Assembly: GCA_002842495.1 (NCBI GenBank)
Contig: PHDB01000014.1
Location: forward strand, 636-64,635
Source: Bacteroidetes bacterium HGW-Bacteroidetes-6
Lineage (GTDB): Bacteria > Bacteroidota > Bacteroidia > Bacteroidales > DTU049
Direction: 5' to 3'
DNA length: 64,000 nucleotides
In this document: in pieces, positions 37,617 to 48,415 of the stretch
Layout: every line of letters starts with the position of its first letter
Position numbering within the stretch: the first letter of the stretch is position 1
Program-made: the position numbers and the translations under genes
The notes under the pieces: generated by a model
What the model was told of the DNA's origin: nothing
Database searches by the model: none
The model's input: the letters and a program-made list of their open reading frames with translations, nothing else

Positions 37617-38672
37617 ATGAATTCGCTGAATCAACATTCTTCTAAAATTGTTTGCTTTGCTCGTGCCGAACAAAACATTGCACAGATTTTGACCGATACG
37701 CGCTTCGCAAAAATTTCGTTTCGTCCGCATTTTAAAACGCATCGTTCGATAGCTGTGGCTGAGCTTTTTCGGAAAGCCGGTGTGGGTAAAATAACGGTTG
37801 CATCGCTGGCCATGGCCGAATATTTTGCAGCAAATGGTTGGAACGACATTCTCATTGCTATTCCCGCCAATCCAGCTCTTGCAACCGAATACGATGAGCT
37901 TGCAGGTAAAATAGATTTGTCGTTGCTGGTTGATAGCCCCGATTCGCTTTCGTTGTTGCTGCATACACTCAAAAATCCGATACATTTTTGCATTAAAGCA
38001 GATGCGGGTTATGGTCGGGCAGGAATTAAAACCGAGAAATTTGCATCGTTTTTTGCATTGATTCAAACGATTGCGAATTCGAAAAAACACAGCTTCGGTG
38101 GAATAGTAAGTCATTTTGGCAACACTTACCATGCTTCATCGGAGCAGGAAATTGTTGATATCAACAACAACTCGCTTGCAAAGCTGAAAACATTAAAATC
38201 GTTCCTCGAGGCCGAAACAGGAAATGCTTGCTTTTTGAGCATTGGCGACACGCCTTCGCTACCACATTATACTACTGAAATGTTGGCTGGAGTCGATGAG
38301 TTACGAGCCGGTAATTTTGTGTATTACGATATGATGCAGGTAGCGCTTGGAACATGCCGCATCGAAAATATTGCCATGGCTTTCAGAACTGGTATTCTGA
38401 GCGTTTATCCCGATCGCAGCGAAGCATTGGTTCATGCAGGAGCCGTTCATCTTTCGAAAGAAAAATGTAATATGCCCGATGGAAAAGAAGGCTTTGGAGC
38501 TGTTGTCCGATTGTTACCCGACGGAAGCTTTGGTGAAGTAGTTGAGAATTGTTTTGTCGACCGCATATCACAGGAACATGGTATTTTGCGTTGCAATCAA
38601 GAATTTTTCAATGAGTTTCATCCAGGCGATACCATCGGAGTGCTTCCTGTGCATAGTTGTTTGGTGATGTGA
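37617..38672 (+). CDS. PLP-dependent D-threonine-aldolase / D-serine-dehydratase-like enzyme (alanine racemase N-terminal fold)
   Basis: FRPHFKTHRS matches the HxKTH PLP-lysine motif of this family; 351 aa. Confidence 0.65.
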   Translation: MNSLNQHSSKIVCFARAEQNIAQILTDTRFAKISFRPHFKTHRSIAVAELFRKAGVGKITVASLAMAEYFAANGWNDILIAIPANPALATEYDELAGKIDLSLLVDSPDSLSLLLHTLKNPIHFCIKADAGYGRAGIKTEKFASFFALIQTIANSKKHSFGGIVSHFGNTYHASSEQEIVDINNNSLAKLKTLKSFLEAETGNACFLSIGDTPSLPHYTTEMLAGVDELRAGNFVYYDMMQVALGTCRIENIAMAFRTGILSVYPDRSEALVHAGAVHLSKEKCNMPDGKEGFGAVVRLLPDGSFGEVVENCFVDRISQEHGILRCNQEFFNEFHPGDTIGVLPVHSCLVM

Positions 38673-38703
38673 TAACCCAGATTGTTTCAGAAAAACTATT
38701 TCC

Positions 38704-39816
38704 ATGGATACTCAAGCTTTTTACAACTGCCACATCCACACATTCAACGAAGAAGATATTCCGGAGCGCTTCTATCCAAAATTATTAATGGATTTTCTTC
38801 GCAAAGAATCAACCGAAGAGCTGATGCTCAATTTCTTACGATTTGTGCATAAACTCGAGAAGTTTTTTGGTATCGATGCCGAAGAAGCCGAACGTTACCT
38901 GCAGTTCTATTTGGTTGGAAGTCAGAATTCGCAGCGTGAAATATTCGATTTGTGCAGATCAAGCTATCCACCATCGACGAAGTATTTTGTTTTGAGCATG
39001 GATATGCAGTTTATGGGTTGTGGCGATGTTCCACGCGATTTTAGAGCTCAGCTGGCCGAGCTTTCGCAAATCGATCAGGAGCAGATTCTTCCGTTTGTGC
39101 ATATCGATCCACGCCGCGACGGTTATTTTGATATTTTGCGCGATGCTATAGAACAAATGGGATTTCGTGGCGTGAAGTTGTATCCTCCACTCGGGGTTTT
39201 TCCGCACGACTCGCGTTTCGACTCCGTCTATCAGTATTGCATCGACAACAACCTGCCCATTGTGAGCCACTGCAGCCCGCACAATCCTACCCATTTCAAA
39301 GGAAGCCGGCGCGAATTGCTAAAGCTATTACAGAATCCGTATTTCGAAATTAATCCACACGGATTGGACAAAAAAGATCTTTGCGATATTTTTACACATC
39401 CAAAAAATTACAGAATTGTTTGTGAAAAATACCCCGAACTACGAATCAGCCTTGCACATTATGGTTCCGACAAAATGTGGACATCGTGGCTTTGCCATCC
39501 CGAAGATCCCGAAAACTGGGTGAATATTATCAACAGTATGATTCAGGAATATCCAAATCTTTACACCGACATTTCTTACACCATGTATTATAATGTGACT
39601 GATTGTAAACACAATTTTTACAAGACATTGAAAGAGTTTCTCGACAACGAAAATATCCGGCGAAAGGTGCTTTTTGGATCCGATTTTTATATGCCGGCAT
39701 CGAAAGAAACCGATATGCATTATGCCAACAACATCATCGATGCAATTGGAGAAGAGTATTTCAATGCCATTGCTGTCGAAAATCCAAAGCAATTTCTGAA
39801 TGAACAAATCGCATAA
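38704..39816 (+). CDS. Amidohydrolase-superfamily metal-dependent hydrolase
   Basis: N-terminal CHIHTF (HxH), later SHCSPH and LAHYG, and GSDFYM near the C-terminus. Confidence 0.6.
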   Translation: MDTQAFYNCHIHTFNEEDIPERFYPKLLMDFLRKESTEELMLNFLRFVHKLEKFFGIDAEEAERYLQFYLVGSQNSQREIFDLCRSSYPPSTKYFVLSMDMQFMGCGDVPRDFRAQLAELSQIDQEQILPFVHIDPRRDGYFDILRDAIEQMGFRGVKLYPPLGVFPHDSRFDSVYQYCIDNNLPIVSHCSPHNPTHFKGSRRELLKLLQNPYFEINPHGLDKKDLCDIFTHPKNYRIVCEKYPELRISLAHYGSDKMWTSWLCHPEDPENWVNIINSMIQEYPNLYTDISYTMYYNVTDCKHNFYKTLKEFLDNENIRRKVLFGSDFYMPASKETDMHYANNIIDAIGEEYFNAIAVENPKQFLNEQIA

Positions 39817-39838
39817 AAATTTGTGTTTTTATCGTTTA

Positions 39839-40312
39839 ATGTCGAATTCTGTGAAAAAGCACTCTCTGTTTTTGATTTTTGTGATTATGCTCTTCGCTGG
39901 AGCAAATGCACAAAATAGTTTATATCTTGAAGTTGGGGGAAGCGGAGGATTGGGTTCGTTGAACTTTGAGCGGACCTTTCGCAATAATTCAACAACTGCG
40001 TTTTCGTGGAGTGCTGGATTCAGCATGGCTCCCATCGACAAAAACAATGGAACAGCTCTTGTTTTCCCACTCATGATGCACCTGATGTATGGCAGTAGTC
40101 CTCACAAACTAGAATTTGGAATTGGTCAGGGATTTTCGGTAACAACAAAAGGAAATGCTTTTGCTCTAGGAACACTTGCTATTGGTTATCGACACGACAA
40201 TCCAAACAAATTTTTTTACTGGCGAATTGCCTACACTCCGTTGGTTTCGTGGCTTATCGATTGGCAGTATCAGCATTGGGCCGGAATTAGCATTGGCATT
40301 CATCTCAATTAA
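39839..40312 (+). CDS. Small putative outer-membrane beta-barrel protein
   Basis: Signal peptide ..LFAGANAQ, then short amphipathic strands. Start moved to the ATG at 39839. Confidence 0.45.
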   Translation: MSNSVKKHSLFLIFVIMLFAGANAQNSLYLEVGGSGGLGSLNFERTFRNNSTTAFSWSAGFSMAPIDKNNGTALVFPLMMHLMYGSSPHKLEFGIGQGFSVTTKGNAFALGTLAIGYRHDNPNKFFYWRIAYTPLVSWLIDWQYQHWAGISIGIHLN

Positions 40313-40317
40313 AAAAA

Positions 40318-41088
40318 ATGAAAATATATTCTCTTCTCATTCTTTTCTCACTGCTTGTAACATCTTGTAAAATTGATAGTTCCGACGAACCTAGCTGTTT
40401 TTCCGATTCCTTCGATAATGCTCAAACCATCAACGATCTTTTTCCCGACAACGAAAGCCAGTGGTCGTACAAACAAATTACCCGTGAAGCGAATTATTTA
40501 GACGTAGATACTGCATTTGGACATTACGCATCAGGAAGTGTTCATTTTGTTGCAGCTCCTTCCGATGCCGAAGGTGCTTCGAAATGTAGTATCAACAAAC
40601 AGTTTATGGCTTTCCGTGAAGGACACGTGTTTCATATGAGCGCCTGGTATTATATAAGTGGAACCGAAAAACGCGATTATCTTTTTATTTTCGACCTCGA
40701 AGAGAAAGCGGTTGTTGGTGCTGGGCCTGGAATGCGGCTTGCACTTGTTGGCAGCAGCGGATGGCTCGAGGTGGAACACAAGTACAACCAACCAAATATT
40801 AGGCAGAAAGAAGGCAGCGAAATTTCTTTTCCAAGAAACGAATGGGTACATGTGGAAATGGAGACACTACTTTCAAAAAAAGACAAAGGCTATGTGAAAG
40901 TATGGCAAAACGGAACCCTTATTCTTGAACAATACAACTGGCAAACATTGCCGCGCGATTTTCTGTATTTCCAGCAAGGAACCAAAGGTGAATACGACAG
41001 CGTAGAATTTGGAATATCGGCCAATTCGCACGACGGAAACACCGAACTCTGGGTCGATGATATTGAGGTGTGGACAAGCAGTCAGTGA
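40318..41088 (+). CDS. Hypothetical lipoprotein with a lectin/lyase-like jelly-roll
   Basis: Lipobox LLVTSCKID. The C-terminal ..ELWVDDIEVW is typical of concanavalin-like folds. Confidence 0.45.
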   Translation: MKIYSLLILFSLLVTSCKIDSSDEPSCFSDSFDNAQTINDLFPDNESQWSYKQITREANYLDVDTAFGHYASGSVHFVAAPSDAEGASKCSINKQFMAFREGHVFHMSAWYYISGTEKRDYLFIFDLEEKAVVGAGPGMRLALVGSSGWLEVEHKYNQPNIRQKEGSEISFPRNEWVHVEMETLLSKKDKGYVKVWQNGTLILEQYNWQTLPRDFLYFQQGTKGEYDSVEFGISANSHDGNTELWVDDIEVWTSSQ

Positions 41089-41094
41089 AAACAA

Positions 41095-41697
41095 TTAGAA
41101 TTTCAGCCGTGTTTGTTCATTCATCCTGAAACTTCTGCGATGATAGGCTGTGATTCCGTGTTTGGCAATAGCAGCCCGGTGTGCGGCTGCCGGATATCCT
41201 TTGTTGTTGTCCCAGTTATAAACAGGGAATTCGGAATGCAGTTGCTGCATATACAAATCGCGATGTGTTTTGGCTAAAATACTGGCTGCGGCAATGCTCA
41301 TGTATTTGCCGTCGCCTTTTACAATGGTTGTATGGGAGATTTTTCCAAATGGCTTGAAGCGGTTTCCGTCAACAATAATGTGTTTTGGTTTAACATCGAG
41401 TATTTCCAGAGCAATGTGCATGGCTTTTATAGAGGCATTTAATATGTTGATAGAATCAATTTCGTGGTTATCGACAAATCCAACCGCCCAGGCCAACGCA
41501 TCCTTTTCAATAACTTCTTTGAGAATAAACCTGTTTTTCTCGTTTATTTGTTTCGAGTCGTTTAGCAAAGGATGAAAAAAATCATTGGGTAAAATTACAG
41601 CTGCGGCAACAACCGGTCCAGCCAGACAACCACGACCTGCTTCGTCGCAACCCGCTTCGGGGTGGAATCCTGAAAAATTGAAAAGCAGTTGAGGCAT
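41095..41697 (-). CDS. rnhB: Ribonuclease HII
   Basis: [20 protein letters not shown] and [10 protein letters not shown] motifs. Confidence 0.94.
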   Translation of the reverse strand: MPQLLFNFSGFHPEAGCDEAGRGCLAGPVVAAAVILPNDFFHPLLNDSKQINEKNRFILKEVIEKDALAWAVGFVDNHEIDSINILNASIKAMHIALEILDVKPKHIIVDGNRFKPFGKISHTTIVKGDGKYMSIAAASILAKTHRDLYMQQLHSEFPVYNWDNNKGYPAAAHRAAIAKHGITAYHRRSFRMNEQTRLKF

Positions 41698-41708
41698 ATC
41701 TTCTTGCT

Positions 41709-42707
41709 TTAAAAAACGGGCAATACAAGAATTTGCATTTTAATCAGAATCAGCAACACAGGGATAAAAACGGGCAAAAAGAGCCATGCGACAAAAATCC
41801 CCTTTCGCCGGGAAATATAAAGCGCCTTATTCCAATATAAAGCAGCAGAAAAACCCAGTAATGCAAGCGTTATTTGAGCATTGATTCCCTGGCTTATCAG
41901 TGTCGGTAAAAGAATTAGCATTGAGAGTAGTAACGAAGAGTAGCTTCGGCGAACAGTTATTTTAAACTCCTTGAGTCGGGTGTGAATGGGAACAGCAAGG
42001 ACAAAAAACACCAATGGAATTAAAGACTGTGGAATGCTGAAATCAAAATTAAACAAAGTTTCGGCTGGGAAAATTGCCGACATGTTTTTCAAAATCAAAT
42101 CGGTTTGATTTGTTAAATAGTAATAAAAAAGCAAATAGACTACAGGAAGAAGAAAACCGGTAATCCAAACAACGGTTGCCCGGAAAGAGATGGTCTGCCA
42201 AACCACTAAAACCACAATTCCCACTATAAAAAAAAGGATGGCAAAAGCTCCATTTGTAAATAGCAATCCGGCAAGTAAAGCGGCCGACATAATTCGCCTT
42301 AAATGCGGTATTGAGAAGTTGTTCGGAAACAAAAGATACATGATACCAACAAATGCCGACCAGTAAACCGATATCATCAGGCCTGTGTTCCAGTCGGGGA
42401 TACAAAAATGAAGAACCGGTAAAATGATAACGAGCGTGTAGTCTTTTCGTGGCGTTTCGAAATAGTTTACCGACATTATATAAGCGAGAAATGTGGACAA
42501 AGCAATAAGAAAAAGCCGGGTCAATATGATTACGGTTTTCGATAATAATATTGGTGTTGCGACCAATCCGTTTAGCCAGGGGTGGATTTCGATAGCCGCA
42601 ACGTTGGTTTCTGAATAAATCAGATAAATAGCCATTGCAAGCCAGAAAAAGATAAAAAGGTATTTCAGGCCCGAGTTGATGGTGTTTTCGGGGCTAAATG
42701 TTTTCAT
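41709..42707 (-). CDS. Polytopic membrane protein, function unknown
   Basis: About 10 hydrophobic segments. It overlaps the purD stop by 14 nt. Confidence 0.5.
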   Translation of the reverse strand: MKTFSPENTINSGLKYLFIFFWLAMAIYLIYSETNVAAIEIHPWLNGLVATPILLSKTVIILTRLFLIALSTFLAYIMSVNYFETPRKDYTLVIILPVLHFCIPDWNTGLMISVYWSAFVGIMYLLFPNNFSIPHLRRIMSAALLAGLLFTNGAFAILFFIVGIVVLVVWQTISFRATVVWITGFLLPVVYLLFYYYLTNQTDLILKNMSAIFPAETLFNFDFSIPQSLIPLVFFVLAVPIHTRLKEFKITVRRSYSSLLLSMLILLPTLISQGINAQITLALLGFSAALYWNKALYISRRKGIFVAWLFLPVFIPVLLILIKMQILVLPVF

Positions 42708-43974
42708 ATTTCATCAAATCGAAACCGATATCGTTGCGATAGTAAACTCCTTCAAACTTAATTCTTTCCGCATTTTCGTAGGCCCAAATCATGGCTTCGG
42801 TGACATTGTTGCCTTTTCCAACAACGGCAAGAACACGCCCGCCCGCTGTTACTGTCTTGTCGCCAACGACTGCAGTGCCTGCATGGAAAACCAGATCGTT
42901 GGGATCGGGCTCAAATTCTATTTCATTTCCTTTTTTGTATGCCCCCGGATATCCCTCAGATGCCAGAACAATTGACAGGGTTGTGAAAGCTTCGTGTTCA
43001 ATCGATTTGCCTTCGAGTTGTTGGGTAGCCGCCGCCGTAAGCAAATCGATAAATGAACCACCAATGCGGGGTAGTATTACCTGTGTTTCGGGGTCACCAA
43101 GTCGCACATTGTATTCAATAACAAAAGGATCGCCCCCAACGTTCATCAGTCCAATAAAAATAAAGCCGCAATAATCCATGTTTTCGGCTGCAATGCCCGA
43201 AATGGTTGGTTCAACAATACGACTTACTACTTTTTGCATAAATTCTTTGTTGGCAAAAGGAACCGGCGAAACAGTGCCCATGCCACCAGTATTAGGTCCC
43301 GTATCGCCGTCGCCAATTCGTTTATAATCTTTGGCTTCAGGCAAAAGCACGTAGTTTCTTCCATCAGTTAATGCGAAAACCGACATTTCGATACCATCGA
43401 GAAATTCTTCAATAACAAGTTTGTTTCCGGCATCTCCAAAAACACGATTCTGAAATACCAAATCGATATGTTTCAGCGCTTCTTCTTCGGTTTGAGCAAT
43501 AACAACACCTTTCCCGGCAGCCAGACCATCGGCTTTTAAAACATAGGGACTTTTGAGCGAGCGAATATATTCTGCAGCCTTGTCTTTCGACTCAAATGTT
43601 TGATATGCTGCTGTTGGAATACTATATTTGTTCATGAATTGTTTTGCAAAATCTTTACTTCCTTCCAAAATAGCACCATTGCTACCCGGTCCAACAATCA
43701 TTAGTTTTGCAAAGCGGGGATCTTGTTTTAAATAATCAGTAAATCCATTCACCAATGGCTCTTCGGGACCAATCATCAATAAATCAATATGTAGCTCATC
43801 TATATGATTAGCAAGCATTTCGAAATTGTTGTAGCTGCAATCGATGTTAGTTGCACATTGTTTTGTGCCGGCATTTCCCGGGGCAACAAAAATATTTTCG
43901 GAGCCAATATCGCGGGCTAGTCGCCATGCAATAGCATGTTCCCGGCCACCTGATCCGGTGATAAGAATTCTCAT
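42694..43974 (-). CDS. purD: Phosphoribosylamine-glycine ligase
   Basis: MRILITGSGGREHAIAW N-terminus and ATP-grasp motifs. Start moved to the ATG at 43974. Confidence 0.94.
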   Translation of the reverse strand: MRILITGSGGREHAIAWRLARDIGSENIFVAPGNAGTKQCATNIDCSYNNFEMLANHIDELHIDLLMIGPEEPLVNGFTDYLKQDPRFAKLMIVGPGSNGAILEGSKDFAKQFMNKYSIPTAAYQTFESKDKAAEYIRSLKSPYVLKADGLAAGKGVVIAQTEEEALKHIDLVFQNRVFGDAGNKLVIEEFLDGIEMSVFALTDGRNYVLLPEAKDYKRIGDGDTGPNTGGMGTVSPVPFANKEFMQKVVSRIVEPTISGIAAENMDYCGFIFIGLMNVGGDPFVIEYNVRLGDPETQVILPRIGGSFIDLLTAAATQQLEGKSIEHEAFTTLSIVLASEGYPGAYKKGNEIEFEPDPNDLVFHAGTAVVGDKTVTAGGRVLAVVGKGNNVTEAMIWAYENAERIKFEGVYYRNDIGFDLMKYENI

Positions 43975-44151
43975 ACAGAATTTTTTGTTGCAAAGGTAGC
44001 AAATTGCCTCTATTTTATGTTTTAGATTAAGAGCTTGTTTTAAGAGCAAACAAAAATAACTGGAGGATATTTGTCTGAAAGAGCTACTTTTCAAGGTTGG
44101 AAAAGTCCAAGTCGGGATTCTTTTATATATTTACACTATAATTTCCAAGTT

Positions 44152-46764
44152 ATGCGCTGGATTGCCATTTTACTACTGTGTTTTTCGCTGAACGGTCATG
44201 CCCAGTTCACCGAAGATTTTTCGGATAATGATTTTACCAACAACCCTGTCTGGAGCGGCGATGTTGGAAATTATACTATCTATACTTCAACCGGCATGCC
44301 TTCTTCCATGATTCCGGGTTTACGAACACTAAATACGATTGCCGACACAACCTGGCTGTCGGCACCGAACTCAATGACTCTCACCGATAGTCTCGAGTGG
44401 ACTTTCTGGGCAAAAATGAGCTTTAATCCAAGTACTGGCAATTTCAGCAGAGTGTATCTGGTTTCCGATCAGCAGAACTTGCGCGGTTCGCTTAACGGAT
44501 ATTTTGTGGGTCTGTCGCACACGGGTGTCGATAGGTTGTTTTTGGTTCGTCAGGATGGAGTTACACTCAATCCTATTATCACCGGAACAATAGCCAATTT
44601 CAATAAAACCACCAATATAGTTCGGGTTCGTGTAAAACGCGATAATGCTGGAAATTGGACAATGTATAGTGATACACTCGGGGGCGATAACTTTGCACTT
44701 GAAGGCACGGCAAACGATGTTACTTACACCAACTCTGCTTATATCGGTGTTTTTAATCAATATACCGTTTCGAATGCCAACAGCTGTTATTTCGATGAAT
44801 TCTATGCCGGCCCTATTCTGGTAGATACTATTGCACCCTCTGTTGTAAAGGTGGAAGCAACATCGGCTTTTACAGTTGATGTATATTTTGACGAGTTTAT
44901 TAGTCCTGCAACAGCTGTCAACGGTTCCAACTATTTGGTCGATTTGGGTGTCGGAAATCCATCCACAGCTGTTCTCGATGGAGGCAATGCCGCTTTGGTG
45001 CATTTGACACTTGCTAATCCTGTTTATGATGGTGTTTTGTATCATCTGAGTGTTTCGAATATCGAGGATTTGAACAGCAATGTGATTAGCAGTGTTTCTA
45101 TTCCCTTTGCGTATTATGTTCCGCAGGCATTCGATGTTGTTATCAATGAAATCATGGCCGATCCAACACCCGCGGTGATGCTTCCCGAATACGAGTATGT
45201 TGAACTTTACAATACCACAACATTGCCGATTAGTTTAAAAAACTATACTTTGCGCATTGGTTCCAGCGATAAAACCATTGGCGATGTAACTATTGGAGCT
45301 AATGATTATTTGATTTTATGCGACGATGGTGCCGAATCGTTGCTTTCGGTATATGGAGATGTGTTTGCCTTTACGTCGTTTTCGATTACCAATACCGGAG
45401 CCAACATTTTGCTATTAAGCCCGGCTGGAGCGGTTTTGTCGTTTGCCGAATTTACCGACGAATGGTATTTCAATAGTTTTAAAGCCGACGGAGGCTGGTC
45501 GGTCGAGCAAATCGATCCGATGAATCCATGCAGCGGTAAATACAACTGGAAAGCATCCGAAGACAATAAAGGCGGAACGCCGGGCGCCACCAATAGTGTA
45601 AATAGCGTAAATGGTGATGCCGTTCAACCAGAATTGTTGCGTGCCTCGCTCGAAAACGACAGCACCATCCGACTGTGGTTTAGCGAGCCGATGGACAGTG
45701 CAACCGTGTTGAATCCATTCAGCTATACCATAAGCAATGGTTTGTTGGTTGTGGGTCAACCGCAAGGTTTTTCACCCCAATATCAATCGGTTATTCTTTA
45801 CCTCGATCAAGCCATTCAATATGGAACCATTTACACAGTAAGCATCACCGATACGCTTACCGATTGTGTAGGAAATATTCTTTCACTCACCAGTAGCGCG
45901 CGTTTTGCTATTGCAGACAGCATCGAAGCCGGCGATTTGGTGATTAACGAAATTCTTTCCAATCCGGTAACCGACGTGCAGGATTTTGTGGAAATAGTCA
46001 ACCGTAGCAATAAAATTCTCGATTTGCGCTTTCTTACTGTCGCAACTCTAAACGATTCGCTTCAACTCGACGATCAGAATTATATTACTCCCAACGGCTA
46101 TCTCATTTTTCCGGGCGAATATCTTGCTTTTACCGAAGACCGCGATGCTCTCAACAATTACTATATAACAAATGCCAACCAAGTGATTCAGATTGACAAC
46201 CTCCCTGCTTACAACAACGATGAAGGAACCGTGGTTTTGGCAATGGCGGCGGGTTCAATTATCGACGAAGTGGTTTACAACGTTTCGATGCACGATCCGT
46301 TTCTCAGTAGCACCGATGGTGTTTCACTCGAACGTATCAATTTTAACAGAGCTTCGAACGATAGTACAAACTGGCATAGTGCTGCGTCGACTGCTGGATT
46401 TGCAACACCCGGATACATCAACAGTCAGTATTCCGAGTCGGAAGGAACAAGCACGGTGAATGTAAGTCCCGAAGCTTTTTCGCCCGACAACGACGGATAC
46501 AACGATGTTTTGAATATTTCGTGGCAGTTTTCGCGTCCGGGGCTCATTTGCAATATGAAAATATTCGATAGTAACGGTCGTTTTATCAAGCAATTGCTTA
46601 AAAACGAAACCATTGGGCAGGAGGGTGTTGTTTCGTGGGATGGAACCAACGAAAACGACGAAAAGGCGCCATCAGGTATTTATGTTATTTTCACAGAGGT
46701 GTTTTCATCGGATGGATATACCGAAAAAATAAAGACTGTGGCAACGTTGGCAGTAAAATTCTGA
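44152..46764 (+). CDS. Secreted protein with two lamin-tail-like domains, Ig-like modules and a CTD-like tail
   Basis: Signal peptide MRWIAILLLCFSLNGHAQ. VVINEIMADPTP and LVINEILSNPV (LTD-like starts). C-terminal FSPDNDGYNDVL..IFDSNGRFI..WDG..GIYVI. Confidence 0.65.
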   Translation: MRWIAILLLCFSLNGHAQFTEDFSDNDFTNNPVWSGDVGNYTIYTSTGMPSSMIPGLRTLNTIADTTWLSAPNSMTLTDSLEWTFWAKMSFNPSTGNFSRVYLVSDQQNLRGSLNGYFVGLSHTGVDRLFLVRQDGVTLNPIITGTIANFNKTTNIVRVRVKRDNAGNWTMYSDTLGGDNFALEGTANDVTYTNSAYIGVFNQYTVSNANSCYFDEFYAGPILVDTIAPSVVKVEATSAFTVDVYFDEFISPATAVNGSNYLVDLGVGNPSTAVLDGGNAALVHLTLANPVYDGVLYHLSVSNIEDLNSNVISSVSIPFAYYVPQAFDVVINEIMADPTPAVMLPEYEYVELYNTTTLPISLKNYTLRIGSSDKTIGDVTIGANDYLILCDDGAESLLSVYGDVFAFTSFSITNTGANILLLSPAGAVLSFAEFTDEWYFNSFKADGGWSVEQIDPMNPCSGKYNWKASEDNKGGTPGATNSVNSVNGDAVQPELLRASLENDSTIRLWFSEPMDSATVLNPFSYTISNGLLVVGQPQGFSPQYQSVILYLDQAIQYGTIYTVSITDTLTDCVGNILSLTSSARFAIADSIEAGDLVINEILSNPVTDVQDFVEIVNRSNKILDLRFLTVATLNDSLQLDDQNYITPNGYLIFPGEYLAFTEDRDALNNYYITNANQVIQIDNLPAYNNDEGTVVLAMAAGSIIDEVVYNVSMHDPFLSSTDGVSLERINFNRASNDSTNWHSAASTAGFATPGYINSQYSESEGTSTVNVSPEAFSPDNDGYNDVLNISWQFSRPGLICNMKIFDSNGRFIKQLLKNETIGQEGVVSWDGTNENDEKAPSGIYVIFTEVFSSDGYTEKIKTVATLAVKF

Positions 46765-46769
46765 AGACA

Positions 46770-47345
46770 ATGATTATTGAAAATGTTGTCGTTTCCGACG
46801 AACTGAAAAATGTATATTTCCGATGCTCGCTTAACCTTTGCCATGGCGATTGTTGCGTCGAAGGCGATGCCGGTGCTCCGCTTACCGAAGAAGAAATCAG
46901 CATTATTGAAGATCTTACCGAAAAGATTATTCCTTATATGGATGATGAGGCCAAAAGAGTGCTGAAGGATATTGGAAGTTTTGACTACGATATGGCAGGG
47001 AATATGGTAACCCCGCTTAAGATAAATGAAGAATGCATTTATCTGACCTGGGAAAACAATCACCATACTTGTATTTTCGAGAAATTATGGGTTGCCGGAG
47101 AAATTGATTTTCAAAAGCCCATTTCATGCCATCTCTATCCTATAAGGATTATTCAGGAAGGTGCTTTTGAAAAGCTTTTGCTGCATCGCTGGCGTATTTG
47201 CGCCGAGTCGTATGGAGTAGGAGAAAAAGAAGGTGTTCACCTGCTCGATTTTTTGAGATCAGCACTTATTCGTAAATATGGACTTGCTTGGTATAACAGG
47301 CTCATGCTACGATGCAAATTAGATCCGCATAAAAAACAACCATGA
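46770..47345 (+). CDS. DUF3109-like Cys-rich protein
   Basis: CSLNLCHGDCCVEGDAGAPLTEEE.. and later conserved Cys/His residues. Start at the ATG at 46770. Confidence 0.55.
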   Translation: MIIENVVVSDELKNVYFRCSLNLCHGDCCVEGDAGAPLTEEEISIIEDLTEKIIPYMDDEAKRVLKDIGSFDYDMAGNMVTPLKINEECIYLTWENNHHTCIFEKLWVAGEIDFQKPISCHLYPIRIIQEGAFEKLLLHRWRICAESYGVGEKEGVHLLDFLRSALIRKYGLAWYNRLMLRCKLDPHKKQP

Positions 47346-48238
47346 TACCTTTTCTGAAACCAGGCGATACAATTGCACTGGCAGCTCCGTCGAGGAAGGT
47401 GTTTCCGGTCGATTACGAACCGTTCAGTCAGTTTTTGCTGCAGAAAGGTTACAAGGTGAAATTGTCTTCGAATCTTGGTTTAAGTCACCACCAGTTTGCC
47501 GGCAACGATGCCGAAAGGGCTGTGGCCCTCAATGCACTTTTCGAAGATAGTACAGTGAAAGCAATGGTAATGGTGCGCGGGGGCTATGGGGCCGCACGTA
47601 TTGTAGATTTGCTCAACTGGAATATACTTCAGCAAAAACCCAAATGGATTTGTGGTTTTAGCGACATCACCGTTTTTTTGAATCATGCTTATTCGAAAAC
47701 AGGACTTCCTTCGATTCACTCCGATATGTCTGTACATTTCAGTAACGATGAACATAGGCCAAATTTCGATCAGCTAATGAATGTCCTCGAAGGACAAAAA
47801 GTTATTATCGAAACCAAACCACATCCGTTCAATCGAAAGGGCAAAGCCCACGGAATTTTAGTAGGAGGAAACCTGAGTGTGTTTTATAGTCTTTTGGGTT
47901 CGCAATCGTTTCCCGATATGCGAGAGAAAATTTTGTTTATCGAGGACCTCGATGAATATTTATACCATATCGACAGAATGATGCTTGCCTTCGAAAGAGC
48001 CGGAATTTTTAGTCATCTGGCGGGAGTTGTGGTTGGTGGAATGAGCGATATGCGCGACAACGAAGTTGCTTTTGGCATGAATGCCGTCGAAATTGCGAAT
48101 AATTTTTTTAAAAGACTGGATATCCCTGTGATGTATAACTTTCCGGCTGGACATATTACCGACAACAGGTCGTTTTTTGTTGGAGCACCAACCCGAATTG
48201 TGGTTGACGAAGCGTTTGGTTTGCTTGAACAGTATTGA
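47342..48238 (+). CDS. LD-carboxypeptidase (S66 family)
   Basis: LKPGDTIALAAPS N-terminus and nucleophile motif CGFSDIT. ATGA overlap with the upstream gene. Confidence 0.85.
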   Translation: MIPFLKPGDTIALAAPSRKVFPVDYEPFSQFLLQKGYKVKLSSNLGLSHHQFAGNDAERAVALNALFEDSTVKAMVMVRGGYGAARIVDLLNWNILQQKPKWICGFSDITVFLNHAYSKTGLPSIHSDMSVHFSNDEHRPNFDQLMNVLEGQKVIIETKPHPFNRKGKAHGILVGGNLSVFYSLLGSQSFPDMREKILFIEDLDEYLYHIDRMMLAFERAGIFSHLAGVVVGGMSDMRDNEVAFGMNAVEIANNFFKRLDIPVMYNFPAGHITDNRSFFVGAPTRIVVDEAFGLLEQY

Positions 48239-48415
48239 TTAAGTGGATGTATTTGTTTTTTCTGTCAAAAACAGTCCAGAATTTCAATAACGACTATGAA
48301 TATTTATTTTATGAATTGAATCGCTATTTTTAGATATAGCCCTCGTGTGCTACAACATTCGGCAAAACAGAACAGGGATAAAGTAGTGAAAAATAGTATT
48401 CTTTTCCGTTTCCCA

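Noticed and set aside
37305-38132. A 275-aa minus-strand ORF. Similar long antisense or alternate-frame ORFs occur at 44371-45045, 62012-62548, 4799-5389 and 26694-27251.
   Set aside because: Each lies entirely inside or opposite a well-supported gene (S46 peptidase / PLP enzyme, LTD protein, kinase, mutS, choice-of-anchor-L gene). Their compositions are Cys/Arg/Lys-rich, typical of non-coding frames, and I recognise no motifs in them.
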